DNA of 64,000 nt from Candidatus Latescibacterota bacterium (GTDB lineage Bacteria > Latescibacterota > UBA2968 > GCA-2709665): contig OZ244744.1 of the NCBI GenBank assembly GCA_965219455.1, forward strand, positions 2,491,587 through 2,555,586. The letters run 5' to 3'. The position numbers and the translations under genes were made by a program. Shown here piece by piece: positions 27,172-36,989 of this stretch. The notes under the pieces were generated by a model. The model searched no databases, had not been told where the DNA came from, and was given only the letters and a program-made list of their open reading frames with translations. Within the stretch, counting starts at the first letter, position 1, and each line of letters begins with the position of its first letter.

Positions 27172-28761
27172 TCATCGAAACATGGGCGCCGCCGCCGGTT
27201 CAATCGCCACGTTCACGCACGCGGGAAGGCCGGACGCCACCGCATCGTTCAGCGCGGCAGGGAGATCCTCCGCCCTGTCCACAAATGCGCCGTACCCGCC
27301 CAGGGCCTCAGCCACCAGATCGTATCTTGTTTCCAGCAGATCGCACCCGACGGTCCGATCCGGCCCGTAGGTTGTGACCTGGAGTTGATGCTCCGCGTTC
27401 CACCTTGCGTCGTTTCCGACAATTGCGACAACCGGCAGCCCATAACGCAGCGCCGTATCCAATTCCATCGCATGATAACCAAACGTCCCATCCCCCAGCA
27501 ACACGAATACCGCCCTGTCCGGATGCGCCAGCTTTGCCGCCAGACCCATCGGCAGCGCGCTTCCGATTGCGCCCGATGGCCCGTTGATCAACCTGGTCTC
27601 CGCCGTCAGTCCCGCCTGCGCCCACTGCCCGAACTCCCCGCCATCGCTCACAAAAATCCCACCGGCGTCCAGGAAAGGCTGTACCGCCTCGCATACCCCC
27701 AGCGGATGCACGGGGCCACCGATTCCGCGCCGCATCGCGTCCCAGTCCGAAGGCGTAGCCCCTCGCAAACCCTCTACCTCCAACCGCCACGTTCCGTAAT
27801 TCCACGACCGCGCAGGCGCCTTGTCCGCAAGCCGCAAAGTCGCTTCCGACGGATCCGCCAACAGGCGCAGCGCCACACAGGCGTCGGCGCGCAACTCACC
27901 GTGTTCCGCGTCGATCTGAATGAACCTGCGCTGCTCGGAAAAAAAAGGCGGCTGGCCAAAGCGCAGCGAAAAATCAAGTTTTTTCCCCAGAAGCAGCACC
28001 ACGTCGGCGCTCGCCAGACAAGTGACCGCCCGGCGCAACGCCGGATCGTTCACCCCACGCGGGCTTTCCATCGGCAGCGCCGGAATCCCGGTTGCCTCCC
28101 CCAGCCTCTCCACGGCAAGCCAGCGCCCGGACCGCCCCATCGCGGGCCCTGCCAGGATCAGCGGCCGCTCCGCCTGGCTCAACAGAGCAAGCACGGCATC
28201 CAGATCGGCGTCCATCAGGTCGTCCGCACGTTTCGAATGCACACCGCGCGAACGTGTCGCGGATGCCTCCAACACATCGGCCGGTAAACTCAAATGCACC
28301 GGGCCGGGCCGGCCGGATACCGCCATTTCCAGTGCGCTGGACAGGTCAGCTTCAAGATCTTCGCATTTCGCCACCCGCCGGGATGCCTTGGCCACCGGAC
28401 GCGCCGCGGCCACCTGATCCACTTCCTGAAACGCACCTTTCCCGATCTGCGCCTCCGGGCAATGGCCGCTCAGCATCAACAAAGGTGACTCCGCCATCAA
28501 CGCCACGTAAAGCGCCCCCAGCCCATTGCAGTGACCGGGCCCCGCCGTCAGCAGCGCCACACCAGGTTCCTCCGTCAACCTCCCCCAACCATCCGCCATA
28601 TGGACGGCCGCGGCTTCGTGGCGGGTGTGGATCAGCCCGATATCCCGCCCGATCGTCGCATCGTAGACCGGGAGGATCTGATTGCCCGACAGCGAAAACA
28701 GATGCTTCACCCCGGCAGACATCAGCCCGTCAACGAGCACCTCCGCACCGGTCATTGACAT
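27172..28761 (-). CDS. Thiamine-pyrophosphate-dependent enzyme (acetolactate synthase large subunit-like family)
   Basis: GAEVLVDGLMSAGVKHLFSLSGNQILPVYDA...HEAAAVHMADGWGR...GPGHCNG; the C-terminal TPP motif is LLGDGTFGYH...NDARWN. Confidence 0.8.
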   Translation of the reverse strand: MSMTGAEVLVDGLMSAGVKHLFSLSGNQILPVYDATIGRDIGLIHTRHEAAAVHMADGWGRLTEEPGVALLTAGPGHCNGLGALYVALMAESPLLMLSGHCPEAQIGKGAFQEVDQVAAARPVAKASRRVAKCEDLEADLSSALEMAVSGRPGPVHLSLPADVLEASATRSRGVHSKRADDLMDADLDAVLALLSQAERPLILAGPAMGRSGRWLAVERLGEATGIPALPMESPRGVNDPALRRAVTCLASADVVLLLGKKLDFSLRFGQPPFFSEQRRFIQIDAEHGELRADACVALRLLADPSEATLRLADKAPARSWNYGTWRLEVEGLRGATPSDWDAMRRGIGGPVHPLGVCEAVQPFLDAGGIFVSDGGEFGQWAQAGLTAETRLINGPSGAIGSALPMGLAAKLAHPDRAVFVLLGDGTFGYHAMELDTALRYGLPVVAIVGNDARWNAEHQLQVTTYGPDRTVGCDLLETRYDLVAEALGGYGAFVDRAEDLPAALNDAVASGLPACVNVAIEPAAAPMFR

Positions 28762-28816
28762 GAAACGCGTCCTTCCTGAATCTCCAACGTTGGCGTATGA
28801 CCCGATTGAACCGCGT

Positions 28817-30076
28817 CTACGGACCCGGGCCTGGCTTGTCGAACCTGCCCCTCACCAGCGCATTCATCTCGCGCGCCCTGCGCAATGTCTCCGCGACCTC
28901 CTCTTTAAGGTCCCCCGGCCGGTACACCTTCCCCTTGCGAACGGTCAGTACGGGCTCTATCATTCGCGAGCCCACCTCCAGGTTGTCACCCACGTCCCGG
29001 AACTCGAACGCACCCTCCTGTACTTCGAACGCCGCCAGGTCCGCCACGGTGCCCACCTTCAACGTTCCGAGTTCATCGTCCCGCCCGATCGCCGCCGCCG
29101 GCGCGGCCGTCGTCTGGTAGACGACTTCCGGCAATTCCATTCCCAGGTTCAGTAGTTTGGAGGCCGTCTCCGGCAAACTGTAGACCGGGTCGTTTAAACA
29201 ATGTACATGCAGATCGGTGCTGATCACATCCGAGGGGAACCCCTGAGCCAGGGCTTTTTTTGCGACTTCGAACAGGAAACTGCCGCCTCCGTGGCCGAGG
29301 TCGAATAAAACTCCCCGCTCCCGTGCCGCCCACACCTCCGGAATAACCGTTTCCGCGCCGCCAAGGATCGTATCCCCACCGCCATGATAGCAGTGGGTGA
29401 CGATATCGCCCGGTCGGACCTCGCCCAGGACGTCCGGAAGCGGAACGCCTGCGCCTGCATGCACCATCACCTTTGAATCCGAGAGTTCGGCGGCCTCTAC
29501 CGCCAGCCTGAGGGGCGCAACACCGTTGTCGCCCACCTGGTGTCTGCCCTCACGCACCTTCACGCCCACACAGAGTTCCGGCCACCTCCGAATCACATAT
29601 GCCGTGCGTTCCGGATCCGCATACCTCAAATCGTGCATCTCACCCACGGGCCCATACGTCAACCCGATGCCGCTGATATGCACAAACGTCAACACCTGCG
29701 TCCGCGCCGGCGCCGCCACGTAGTCCCGGAACCCCATGAAGTTCGCCCATCCCGGACTGCCCGCGTCCACAACGGTAGTCACCCCCGTTGCGAGGCAGAG
29801 CGCATCCGCCTGAATTCCCCACGTAGTAGCCCCGGCATAGATGTGTGTGTGAATGTCGACCCAGCCAGGCGTGAGAAATCTGCCGGAAAGGTCCACCGTC
29901 TCGTTCGCAGGCTCGGCGATCTCCTTCTCCACGGCGGCGATCGTCTCTCCGCGAACCGCGACGTCATATATCCCGTTCAATCCCTGCGCACCGTCGATCA
30001 CGGTGCCCCCCTTCAGCACCAGGTCATAGGTCATTCTTTGTATCCCTTTCGCAACATGCCCGTTTACCGGCATCAC
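28817..30076 (-). CDS. Amidohydrolase/deacetylase-family metallohydrolase
   Basis: YDLVLKGGTVIDG...TPGWVDIHTHIY...GVTTVVDAGSPG. An alternative start at 30034 (MTYDLVL) is possible. Confidence 0.75.
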   Translation of the reverse strand: MMPVNGHVAKGIQRMTYDLVLKGGTVIDGAQGLNGIYDVAVRGETIAAVEKEIAEPANETVDLSGRFLTPGWVDIHTHIYAGATTWGIQADALCLATGVTTVVDAGSPGWANFMGFRDYVAAPARTQVLTFVHISGIGLTYGPVGEMHDLRYADPERTAYVIRRWPELCVGVKVREGRHQVGDNGVAPLRLAVEAAELSDSKVMVHAGAGVPLPDVLGEVRPGDIVTHCYHGGGDTILGGAETVIPEVWAARERGVLFDLGHGGGSFLFEVAKKALAQGFPSDVISTDLHVHCLNDPVYSLPETASKLLNLGMELPEVVYQTTAAPAAAIGRDDELGTLKVGTVADLAAFEVQEGAFEFRDVGDNLEVGSRMIEPVLTVRKGKVYRPGDLKEEVAETLRRAREMNALVRGRFDKPGPGP

Positions 30077-30095
30077 TTTTGGACCCGGCCGGCCC

Positions 30096-30830
30096 TCACC
30101 GGTGCATAACCGTATGAAACCGTTTGAGCAGCAGCACCGCCGCCAGGGCGTTTACCGCCAGTCCCCCGAGTCCGTACAATACGTACCCTTCGCCGGATGC
30201 AACCTGCCAGAGCATCTTCATCGGCCAGTACACGGGCACCATCCCGGCAACGACCTGCCAGTCTGACGAAACGAAAAAAGCGACCACCGGAATCATGTTG
30301 ATCGCGTTCAGAAGCTTTACGAAGGCAAACCCGGTTACCTTGTTCGCCGTGAATCCCGCCAACGCGAGGGCCGTGATCGGCCCGTTGAAGGAAGCCAGGA
30401 ACGCCACCGCCATCAGGTCCGGCAAGGGAACCGGCGTCAGGCCGGTGAGCCGGTAACCGAGAATCGTAATGATGAAACCGAAAACCAGGGGAATCGTTAT
30501 TCTATAAGCGAGATATCCCGACGACGACAACGGCGTCACCAGCAGCGCCGTCAGCATCCGATCATCCCTTTCGTCCAGAAGCAGAAAACCGATCACCGTG
30601 CCGATCATGCCCGGCGCCGTCATCACGTAAAAGCTCATCAGCAGCGGGTAATATCGCCTCAGATCAAACGTGTAGCCCTCCAGCAACCAATCGGCCAGCG
30701 GCGGCAGGCCGAAACGGTACAGGGCAGCGATCATCAGGGGCATGGCCACCATCCACGCCAATAGCCTGTCACGCTTCACGTTCTTGAAATCAACCCAACC
30801 CAGGGATCGATAGACAGCCGGCATCTCCAA
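30096..30830 (-). CDS. ABC-2-type exporter permease
   Basis: 244 aa, 6 predicted TMs, adjacent to a second permease and the ATPase. Confidence 0.6.
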   Translation of the reverse strand: MEMPAVYRSLGWVDFKNVKRDRLLAWMVAMPLMIAALYRFGLPPLADWLLEGYTFDLRRYYPLLMSFYVMTAPGMIGTVIGFLLLDERDDRMLTALLVTPLSSSGYLAYRITIPLVFGFIITILGYRLTGLTPVPLPDLMAVAFLASFNGPITALALAGFTANKVTGFAFVKLLNAINMIPVVAFFVSSDWQVVAGMVPVYWPMKMLWQVASGEGYVLYGLGGLAVNALAAVLLLKRFHTVMHR

Positions 30831-30845
30831 GGATCGATGCTCCCG

Positions 30846-31556
30846 CTATACGCCCGCTTCGCGGACAACGAATCTGTAGAACCGCCGCCGTGCTACAATA
30901 AAGCCGATAACGACCCATCCGAGACCCGCCGCCACCGCGTAAACCATCTCCCAGACGCCCTTCGGCATGTACGCCGCGCGCATCAACGCCATGGCCGGCT
31001 CCGCGGGATGAAGGTAGAAAACCGTTCTGTCTGCGAGCCCAAAATGAGGCAGCAAAGGAAGCAGCAGCGCCGTCACGTAGAGGACGGACGGAATCAGGAA
31101 TGAATTGATCGAATCGTACCGAACAACCACGATAAATCCAGCCAGCACGAAGAGCGCCCCCAACAGGAACGCGCCCGACAGCAGCGGCGCCCACTTCCCT
31201 CCTGCGCCGAGAACCGCAAGGACGATCAACAGGCTCTCGACAAGGGCGAGCAGTGTCAGTGAAACGACCTTGGAGAGCAGATATTCCACGTCTCGAAGCG
31301 GCGTTGTCGCCAACATCGTCAGGACGCCTTCGCTCTTCTCGAACAACACGAGGCCGCTGATGAAATAGAACGTGGTCGCGTACAGATTGACGACGAAAAA
31401 AGCCGGCACCACGATGCCGGCGTCCACGCGCCCGATACCGGGTATCAGGCTGAACAGCGCTCCCCAGAACAACACCATGCCAACGCCTACCGCGAGGAAT
31501 TTGTACCTGTACTGCAACGTCACGTCCCAACGGAGAACCGACAACAGGCGTTTCAT
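30846..31556 (-). CDS. ABC-2-type exporter permease
   Basis: 236 aa, multi-TM. Its start overlaps the ATPase stop by 4 nt. Confidence 0.6.
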   Translation of the reverse strand: MKRLLSVLRWDVTLQYRYKFLAVGVGMVLFWGALFSLIPGIGRVDAGIVVPAFFVVNLYATTFYFISGLVLFEKSEGVLTMLATTPLRDVEYLLSKVVSLTLLALVESLLIVLAVLGAGGKWAPLLSGAFLLGALFVLAGFIVVVRYDSINSFLIPSVLYVTALLLPLLPHFGLADRTVFYLHPAEPAMALMRAAYMPKGVWEMVYAVAAGLGWVVIGFIVARRRFYRFVVREAGV

Positions 31557-32407
31557 GTCAACGCCCTCCCCGTCACCTGAACGAAGATGTCTTCCAGCGT
31601 GGTCTCCTGGGTATGCATCGTCTGAATGGACGCGGCGCGCAGGATTTCCAGGAACGCCACATGTTCCCCCAGACCGTCCAGCGGAAAATCCTTCCGGTTG
31701 AGGCTGCCGTCGGCAACGTACTCGACGCGCAGCGTTCGCTGGCCGAAACGCAACTTCAACGCCCGCGGCGCGTCCACAAGCCGAATACCGCCATCCACGA
31801 TAAAGGCCACGCGATCGCAGAGTTCATCGGCCACGGCCATATTGTGGGTTGTCAGGAAGACCGTGGCGCCCGCCTCGCGCTGCTCCCGTATCAGATCCCG
31901 GATCCGACGGCTGCTGACGGGGTCCAGACCCGCCGTGGGTTCATCCAGAAAAAGAAGCTCCGGTTTGTTCAAAAGCGCCCTCGCGACGCTCAACCTTGCG
32001 CGCATACCCCTGGAGAACTGTCCGACACGTTTGTCACCGTCCTCCTCAAGCCCCACCAGATCCAGCAGACGTCGCGGCGCTTCCGTCTCTCCGGCATAGA
32101 GCGTTCGGAAATATCGGAGATTCTCAAGCGCCGTCAGCTTCAGATAGTGGTTGGGAACCTCGAACGAGACCCCGATCCTCTCGTAGTAGCTGTTTTCCCA
32201 TGTCCTGAGATCCCGCTCGAACACCAGTACCCGGCCGGCATATTCCCGCAGCAGCCCGATCAGCACCTTCTGCGCTGTACTCTTTCCCGCGCCGTTGGGC
32301 CCGAGAAAACCGAAGATCTCCCCCTTCTCAACCTTGAAGTCGACCGACCGCACCGCCGGATCTTCCGCGCGCGGATAGACGTAGGTCAAACCTTCGGCTT
32401 CAATCAT
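31553..32407 (-). CDS. ABC transporter ATP-binding protein
   Basis: Walker A GPNGAGKST, signature FSRGMRARLS, Walker B LLFLDEPTAGLD. Confidence 0.9.
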   Translation of the reverse strand: MIEAEGLTYVYPRAEDPAVRSVDFKVEKGEIFGFLGPNGAGKSTAQKVLIGLLREYAGRVLVFERDLRTWENSYYERIGVSFEVPNHYLKLTALENLRYFRTLYAGETEAPRRLLDLVGLEEDGDKRVGQFSRGMRARLSVARALLNKPELLFLDEPTAGLDPVSSRRIRDLIREQREAGATVFLTTHNMAVADELCDRVAFIVDGGIRLVDAPRALKLRFGQRTLRVEYVADGSLNRKDFPLDGLGEHVAFLEILRAASIQTMHTQETTLEDIFVQVTGRALT

Positions 32408-32976
32408 GGTCCACCCGCGCTGCCCGTTGCCTGATCAACCTCGATGCGCTCTCTGACGGGCGCTACCCGCGTCAGATACTTCTGAAAGAACGCCTGCGGC
32501 GACATCCCGGATTCCTGGAATATCCGGTGCAGATCTCCCGGGCTGACATCGGCTTCCCATGGCCAGATTCGATCCTGCAGGCAGGCCATTCCACTGACCC
32601 CGTCGAGGGTGTCCCGGATCCACCGCCGATGCCACCAGACTAAGGGCTCGGGCGGTTGAACAGGCGAAAAGAAACCGGCTTCGATGACTTCCTCCGGTTG
32701 CGGCGTAATCGCCTGGCTGCGAGACACGGATGCAAAGAGAATCGTGTGATTGCCGCCTGCATGCCATCGGGGGCTGGAATAAACGCCCACCAACCGAGTC
32801 AACTCGATGTCGATACCTGTTTCTTCCCGGACTTCGCGGATGGCCGTATCCGCCACGGTTTCTCCAGCCTCAACCTTTCCGCCCGGCACCGCCCACGCTT
32901 CACAGTCCCTTCTCTTGATCAGCAGCACCTCTCCCGACGAAATGACAACCGCGCTCGCTCCAATTGTCGGCATCAC
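32404..32976 (-). CDS. NUDIX hydrolase
   Basis: Nudix box GGKVEAGETVADTAIREVREETGI. It overlaps the ATPase start by 4 nt. Confidence 0.85.
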   Translation of the reverse strand: MMPTIGASAVVISSGEVLLIKRRDCEAWAVPGGKVEAGETVADTAIREVREETGIDIELTRLVGVYSSPRWHAGGNHTILFASVSRSQAITPQPEEVIEAGFFSPVQPPEPLVWWHRRWIRDTLDGVSGMACLQDRIWPWEADVSPGDLHRIFQESGMSPQAFFQKYLTRVAPVRERIEVDQATGSAGGP

Positions 32977-33091
32977 GCTTCCTTAAAATTCGTCTGTCCT
33001 GCGCCTGTCGAGCCATTGAGGAAGCGTGTGTGAAGGTGGGGTAGACATTCCTGTCTGCCCTTCTCCTGTTTACGCAACACTTCATTCGACT

Positions 33092-33132
33092 CCCCCTCTC
33101 CTCGCAGGAGAGGGGGCCGGGGGGAGAGGTCC
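33092..33132. repeat. Hairpin repeat family F1, copy B
   Basis: CCCCCTCTCC-TCGCA-GGAGAGGGGG-CCGGGGGGAGAGGTCC. Confidence 0.85.
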
Positions 33133-33174
33133 TTCTCCCGGACTTCTGACAGGTGAGACGAACTCACAACAGTT

Positions 33175-33960
33175 TTACCGCATATGCGCCTGCTCCATCA
33201 CCGCCCGCTCCGCATCCGTCATGTCCATAATGTAGTCCGGATACGTTACCGTATGCGCGCCCGTCCCGTACGCCTGGAATCTGGGACTGAACTTGTAAAG
33301 CAGCGCCCGCCGCTGGTGTTCGGCCTCCCACGGCAACGTCCCATGGGTCAATGTCTCCGTGAAGATCACCGCGTCTCCGGCCCGTCCGTTCACCTCCACC
33401 ACGTGTTCCCGGTACTTCTCGCCCCGGTTCATCTCGCGCGGACACGCCAGGTTTGCCTTGTGACTGCCGGGCACCACAGCCACGCCCCCGTCTCCCGACC
33501 CCTCGTCCGCCAGCAGGTATTCCACAACGGTCAATCCGCAATAGATGCGACCGTTCTTGAAGAAGTACGCCTCTGACAGATCCGGGCGCTCCACGCCACC
33601 CCCGTGCAACGTGCCGCCTTCGCACCCCTTGTCCATGGCAATCAAACCGGGCCCGTGATCCAGCCGATATCCTTTGCCCAGAATCACGTACAGATAAGGC
33701 ATCACACGGGGATGCACGAGCATCGCCCTGAAGGGTTCACACCACGGCCGCTCCCATGCCAGCATTCCGCCCAGATCCTTCCTGTTCGACGTACCCCCAA
33801 GCACCGGCGCGCCAATCGTGAGCGACCCCTCCCTCTCCTTGAGCTGATCGTCATGGCGATCGATCGCCTCGTTGCAGCGGTCGACTTCCTCCGATGTCAG
33901 AACATCTTTGAGTACCAGGTACCCATTCAAATCGAAGAGATATTTCTCGTCGTCCGTCAT
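33175..33960 (-). CDS. Phytanoyl-CoA dioxygenase (PhyH)-family Fe(II)/2-oxoglutarate oxygenase
   Basis: MTDDEKYLFDLNGYLVLKDVLTSEEVDRCNEAI...; HGGG...VVPGSHK...GDAVIFTETLTHG. Confidence 0.75.
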   Translation of the reverse strand: MTDDEKYLFDLNGYLVLKDVLTSEEVDRCNEAIDRHDDQLKEREGSLTIGAPVLGGTSNRKDLGGMLAWERPWCEPFRAMLVHPRVMPYLYVILGKGYRLDHGPGLIAMDKGCEGGTLHGGGVERPDLSEAYFFKNGRIYCGLTVVEYLLADEGSGDGGVAVVPGSHKANLACPREMNRGEKYREHVVEVNGRAGDAVIFTETLTHGTLPWEAEHQRRALLYKFSPRFQAYGTGAHTVTYPDYIMDMTDAERAVMEQAHMR

Positions 33961-34051
33961 GTCATCCCTCCTTAGGATTTTTCAGTAAGACTTCAACGCA
34001 AAATGCGTGGATGTTTATTCACGCAACCTGCATATCGTTTTGCCTTATACC

Positions 34052-35113
34052 TCACCGTGCTACGACGTTCTGGCGATAATCGCCGTGGGCAATGAGCTCG
34101 GGCGAATAGGCGAACAGCGCGGGATTCCCGCCTGTATGCACGTACACCACCGTGGATCCTTCCGGAATTTCTCCCGTCCGGATTCTATCGATCACGCCGG
34201 ACATCGCCTTGCTTGTATACACCGGGTCCAATAAAATCCCCTCCTTCCGAGCCAGAAGATGCAATGCGTCGAGGCCGGCTTCGGTCACAATTCCGTAGTT
34301 TTCGCCCACGTAGGCATCCGTATTCTCCATTTCCGCGGCCGTCATTCGCACACCCAGTTCCATGAGCGTCGACGCTTCGTTGGCGACTTCCGCAAGTTGC
34401 TCCTTCCGTCGCGCTTCGTCTCCCCTGCTCGGCGAAAACCCCTGGGCGCGCACCGGCAGTCCCAGCGCTTTTACGCCCAATGCCAGCCCCGCGTGCGTTC
34501 CATGCCCGGACGCCGTACAGATGAAATCCGTCCGTGTGTCCATGGCCTCGAGTTGCGCTGCAATCTCCAGCGCGCAGCCGACGTACGCCACCGTACCCAG
34601 CACCACTGCCCGCCGCCCGATGAGATAGGGCTTTTCCCCCTGCGCACGCAATTCTTCCAATACCCTGTTCTTCACCTCTTCCTGGTTTACGCCATCGGCT
34701 ACCAGCCTGACGTCCGCGCCGAAGATATTGTCAAGGAGTTGATTTCCCTGGATACCCATCAGGCTTCGCTGATCGTGCCGGTTCACCAGCACGCATTTCA
34801 TCCCCAGCTTCGCGGCCGCAGCAGCCGCCTGCCGCGCGTGGTTCGACTGGGAGGCCGCGCCCGTCACCACGGCCGTAGCCCCCTGCGCCAGCGCGTCTCC
34901 CAGGGCGAGATCGAACTTGCGCGTCTTGTTCCCTCCGAATGCCAGACCTGTCAAATCATCTCGCTTCACCATCACCCGCACCTGACCTCCCAACGCTTCC
35001 GAGAAACGCGGGCAATCGTGGAGCGGCGTGGGAAGTTCGGCCAGAGACGTCCTCGGAAACCGTTCGATGGCAGCCTGTAAATCCTGAGCAGTAACAGCCA
35101 TGGATTCCTCCAT
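34052..35113 (-). CDS. PLP-dependent enzyme, ACC deaminase / D-cysteine desulfhydrase family
   Basis: TPLHDCPRFSEALGGQVRVMVKRDDLTGLAFGGNKTRKFDLALGDA...GAASQSNHARQ. The start may instead be the second Met, at 35101. Confidence 0.8.
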   Translation of the reverse strand: MEESMAVTAQDLQAAIERFPRTSLAELPTPLHDCPRFSEALGGQVRVMVKRDDLTGLAFGGNKTRKFDLALGDALAQGATAVVTGAASQSNHARQAAAAAAKLGMKCVLVNRHDQRSLMGIQGNQLLDNIFGADVRLVADGVNQEEVKNRVLEELRAQGEKPYLIGRRAVVLGTVAYVGCALEIAAQLEAMDTRTDFICTASGHGTHAGLALGVKALGLPVRAQGFSPSRGDEARRKEQLAEVANEASTLMELGVRMTAAEMENTDAYVGENYGIVTEAGLDALHLLARKEGILLDPVYTSKAMSGVIDRIRTGEIPEGSTVVYVHTGGNPALFAYSPELIAHGDYRQNVVAR

Positions 35114-35323
35114 CTGGAATGTGGACCCGGGTGTCGCGGATCAACGCCGTTTGCCGATCTTTCAGCATTCCGGCCCCGCGACGCGCGGGAACAATGGCAT
35201 GATGGCACAGTTTCCCCCGGAAGTCAAAGAAAAATGGCGTTGTGCGCCTCCCTTCAAATCAATTGTCTGCGCACTGGCAGATCCCTATATTTTTCGCCAG
35301 ACCACACAATTGAGGAGATCCCG

Positions 35324-36148
35324 ATGCATACCCGAGACAGCAGCGTTATCCTAAAAAACGCGCAGCCCTTCGACGAAGAAACCACACGGAAAATCGTGGA
35401 ACAGTTCAATCGGGACGGCTATTGTTTCCTGGAAAACGCGCTTACCCCCGAGGAAGTGGACGCGCTCAGGGAGGGCATGGAACGCAAGTGGAACGACCCC
35501 CGGATTCAGACGGACGAGGCGGGCGATCACATCCGGGGAATCAGCATGATGCGCATGTACGAGTATGACCGCAACTACCGGGACCTTATCGAACGCGAAC
35601 CCATCGCCAGCCTGGCGGAAGCCATCCTTGGCGAGGATTGCCACATGATGTCTCAGAACGCCCTGCGTTACGAACCCGGGCAGGGCGGCGGCTGGCACCT
35701 GGACGACAAGATCCACTTCCCGCTTCCCGATGGCGTCCCGCGCCACAATCCGGATATCCCCATCCCCTGTTTCGTGATCAACGTGATGATCCCGCTCAGC
35801 AGGGCCGATTCCATCGAATACGGCGTTACCCAGGTCATTCCGGGCAGCCACTTCGCCGGCAGAAACCCGAACGACCGCGAAAATCCGACCTTCGAAGGCC
35901 GGCAACCGGTGTCCCTTGTCGCGAAACCGGGCGATGTCTACATGTTCCACAACCAGGTCTGGCACCGCGGGTCCCGAAACAACTCCGACGAGGTCCGGTA
36001 CGTGGGTTCCGTCGTCTACAGCCAGCGGATGATCGCCCAGCGCCTTTATCCGTTCATCGACTACCGCATGCCCGACTACGTCTGGGAAGACGCCAGCCCC
36101 CGCCTTCAGCGCCTCATGGGCCGACACGAAAAAGGCGCGTACGGGTAG
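35324..36148 (+). CDS. PhyH-family dioxygenase
   Basis: ATG at 35324, preceded by GAGGAG. FNRDGYCFLENALTPEEVDALR...WHLDD...VIPGSHF...GDVYMFHNQVWHRG. Confidence 0.75.
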   Translation: MHTRDSSVILKNAQPFDEETTRKIVEQFNRDGYCFLENALTPEEVDALREGMERKWNDPRIQTDEAGDHIRGISMMRMYEYDRNYRDLIEREPIASLAEAILGEDCHMMSQNALRYEPGQGGGWHLDDKIHFPLPDGVPRHNPDIPIPCFVINVMIPLSRADSIEYGVTQVIPGSHFAGRNPNDRENPTFEGRQPVSLVAKPGDVYMFHNQVWHRGSRNNSDEVRYVGSVVYSQRMIAQRLYPFIDYRMPDYVWEDASPRLQRLMGRHEKGAYG

Positions 36149-36150
36149 TG

Positions 36151-36185
36151 ATCAGCTAAAAGCCATCAGCCGTCAGCAGTCAGCT
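36151..36185. repeat. F2 AGCTGA-rich repeat, inverted relative to the 27135 copy
   Basis: atcagctaaaagccatcagccgtcagcagtcagct. Confidence 0.7.
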
Positions 36186-36282
36186 TGAACCGGTTAGAGA
36201 TACGGACTTGCGATGTCCCTTCACAATATCCGCGCTATTATGTGGGCGCCTCTTGGCTGCAAATTCAACGGCTGCGCGGAAC

Positions 36283-36340
36283 TCTCCCCCCGGCCCCAAG
36301 GCCCTCACCCCCCAACCCCCTCTCCCAGCGGGAGAGGGGG
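36283..36340. repeat. Hairpin repeat family F1, copy C (inverted, with an internal insertion)
   Basis: CTCTCCCCCCGGCCCC...CCCCCTCTCC-CAGCG-GGAGAGGGGG. Confidence 0.75.
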
Positions 36341-36436
36341 AGCAAAAGCAGGAAAAGCGGCCTCGCACGGAGACACGAAGACACAAAGGGCAAGACAGCG
36401 ATGAGCGATCTGCAGACAACAGGCCTGAGTAACCCA

Positions 36437-36778
36437 ATGAACACAATGACCCATAGAGGATATGCGGCTCGAATCGACTATAGCCATGAAGACGGCTGCT
36501 TCGTTGGTCATATTGCAGGGATCAATGATGTGGTAGGCTTTCACGGCGAGTCGGTCGAAGAACTGCGTGATGCTTTTGTGGAATCGGTGGACGACTATCT
36601 TGAAACCTGTGAAAAGCTCGACATGTCCCCTCAAAAGCCATATTCCGGCAATCTGATGTTGCGGATTCCACCAGAGGTTCACGCAGCGATTGCCACGGCG
36701 GCTGAAGTCAGCGGAAAGAGTATCAATCAGTGGGCGACTGAAACACTCGCCGATGTCTTGGAGACGGATGCACGATAA
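36437..36778 (+). CDS. hicB: HicB-family antitoxin, copy 1; orphan, with only about 30 nt of the hicA 3' end left upstream
   Basis: MNTMTHRGYAARIDYSHEDGCFVGHIAGINDVVGFHGESVEELRDAF...NLMLRIPPEVHAAIATAAEVSGKSINQW is a HicB N-domain followed by an RHH-like C-terminus. The ORF-track extension back to 36185 runs through repeat DNA. Confidence 0.8.
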   Translation: MNTMTHRGYAARIDYSHEDGCFVGHIAGINDVVGFHGESVEELRDAFVESVDDYLETCEKLDMSPQKPYSGNLMLRIPPEVHAAIATAAEVSGKSINQWATETLADVLETDAR

Positions 36779-36989
36779 TGAGGGAAGCGAAGGCAGCGTA
36801 TATGGTATGCGCCTTATGTGGGACCCTTTTATGGCTTCGCTCTGAAACCGGCCGCGTCACAAGCAATCCGGATTCGCAAGCCAGAACGCACGACATGACG
36901 TAGCGAAGACTTCCTTAATCACCAAAGATTCCTATCTCGTTTTTCTTGACACATGTCGCGGCGAATTTGACAAGATATGAGGTATTGAA

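Noticed and set aside
36185-36436. The ORF-track N-terminal extension of hicB copy 1 (197-aa form) and overlapping small ORFs 36208..36432 and 36213..36404.
   Set aside because: The extension reads through F1/F2 repeat DNA (…PPNPLSQRERGSKSRK…). hicB copy 2 starts at the conserved MNTMTHRG, with the hicA stop overlapping it.
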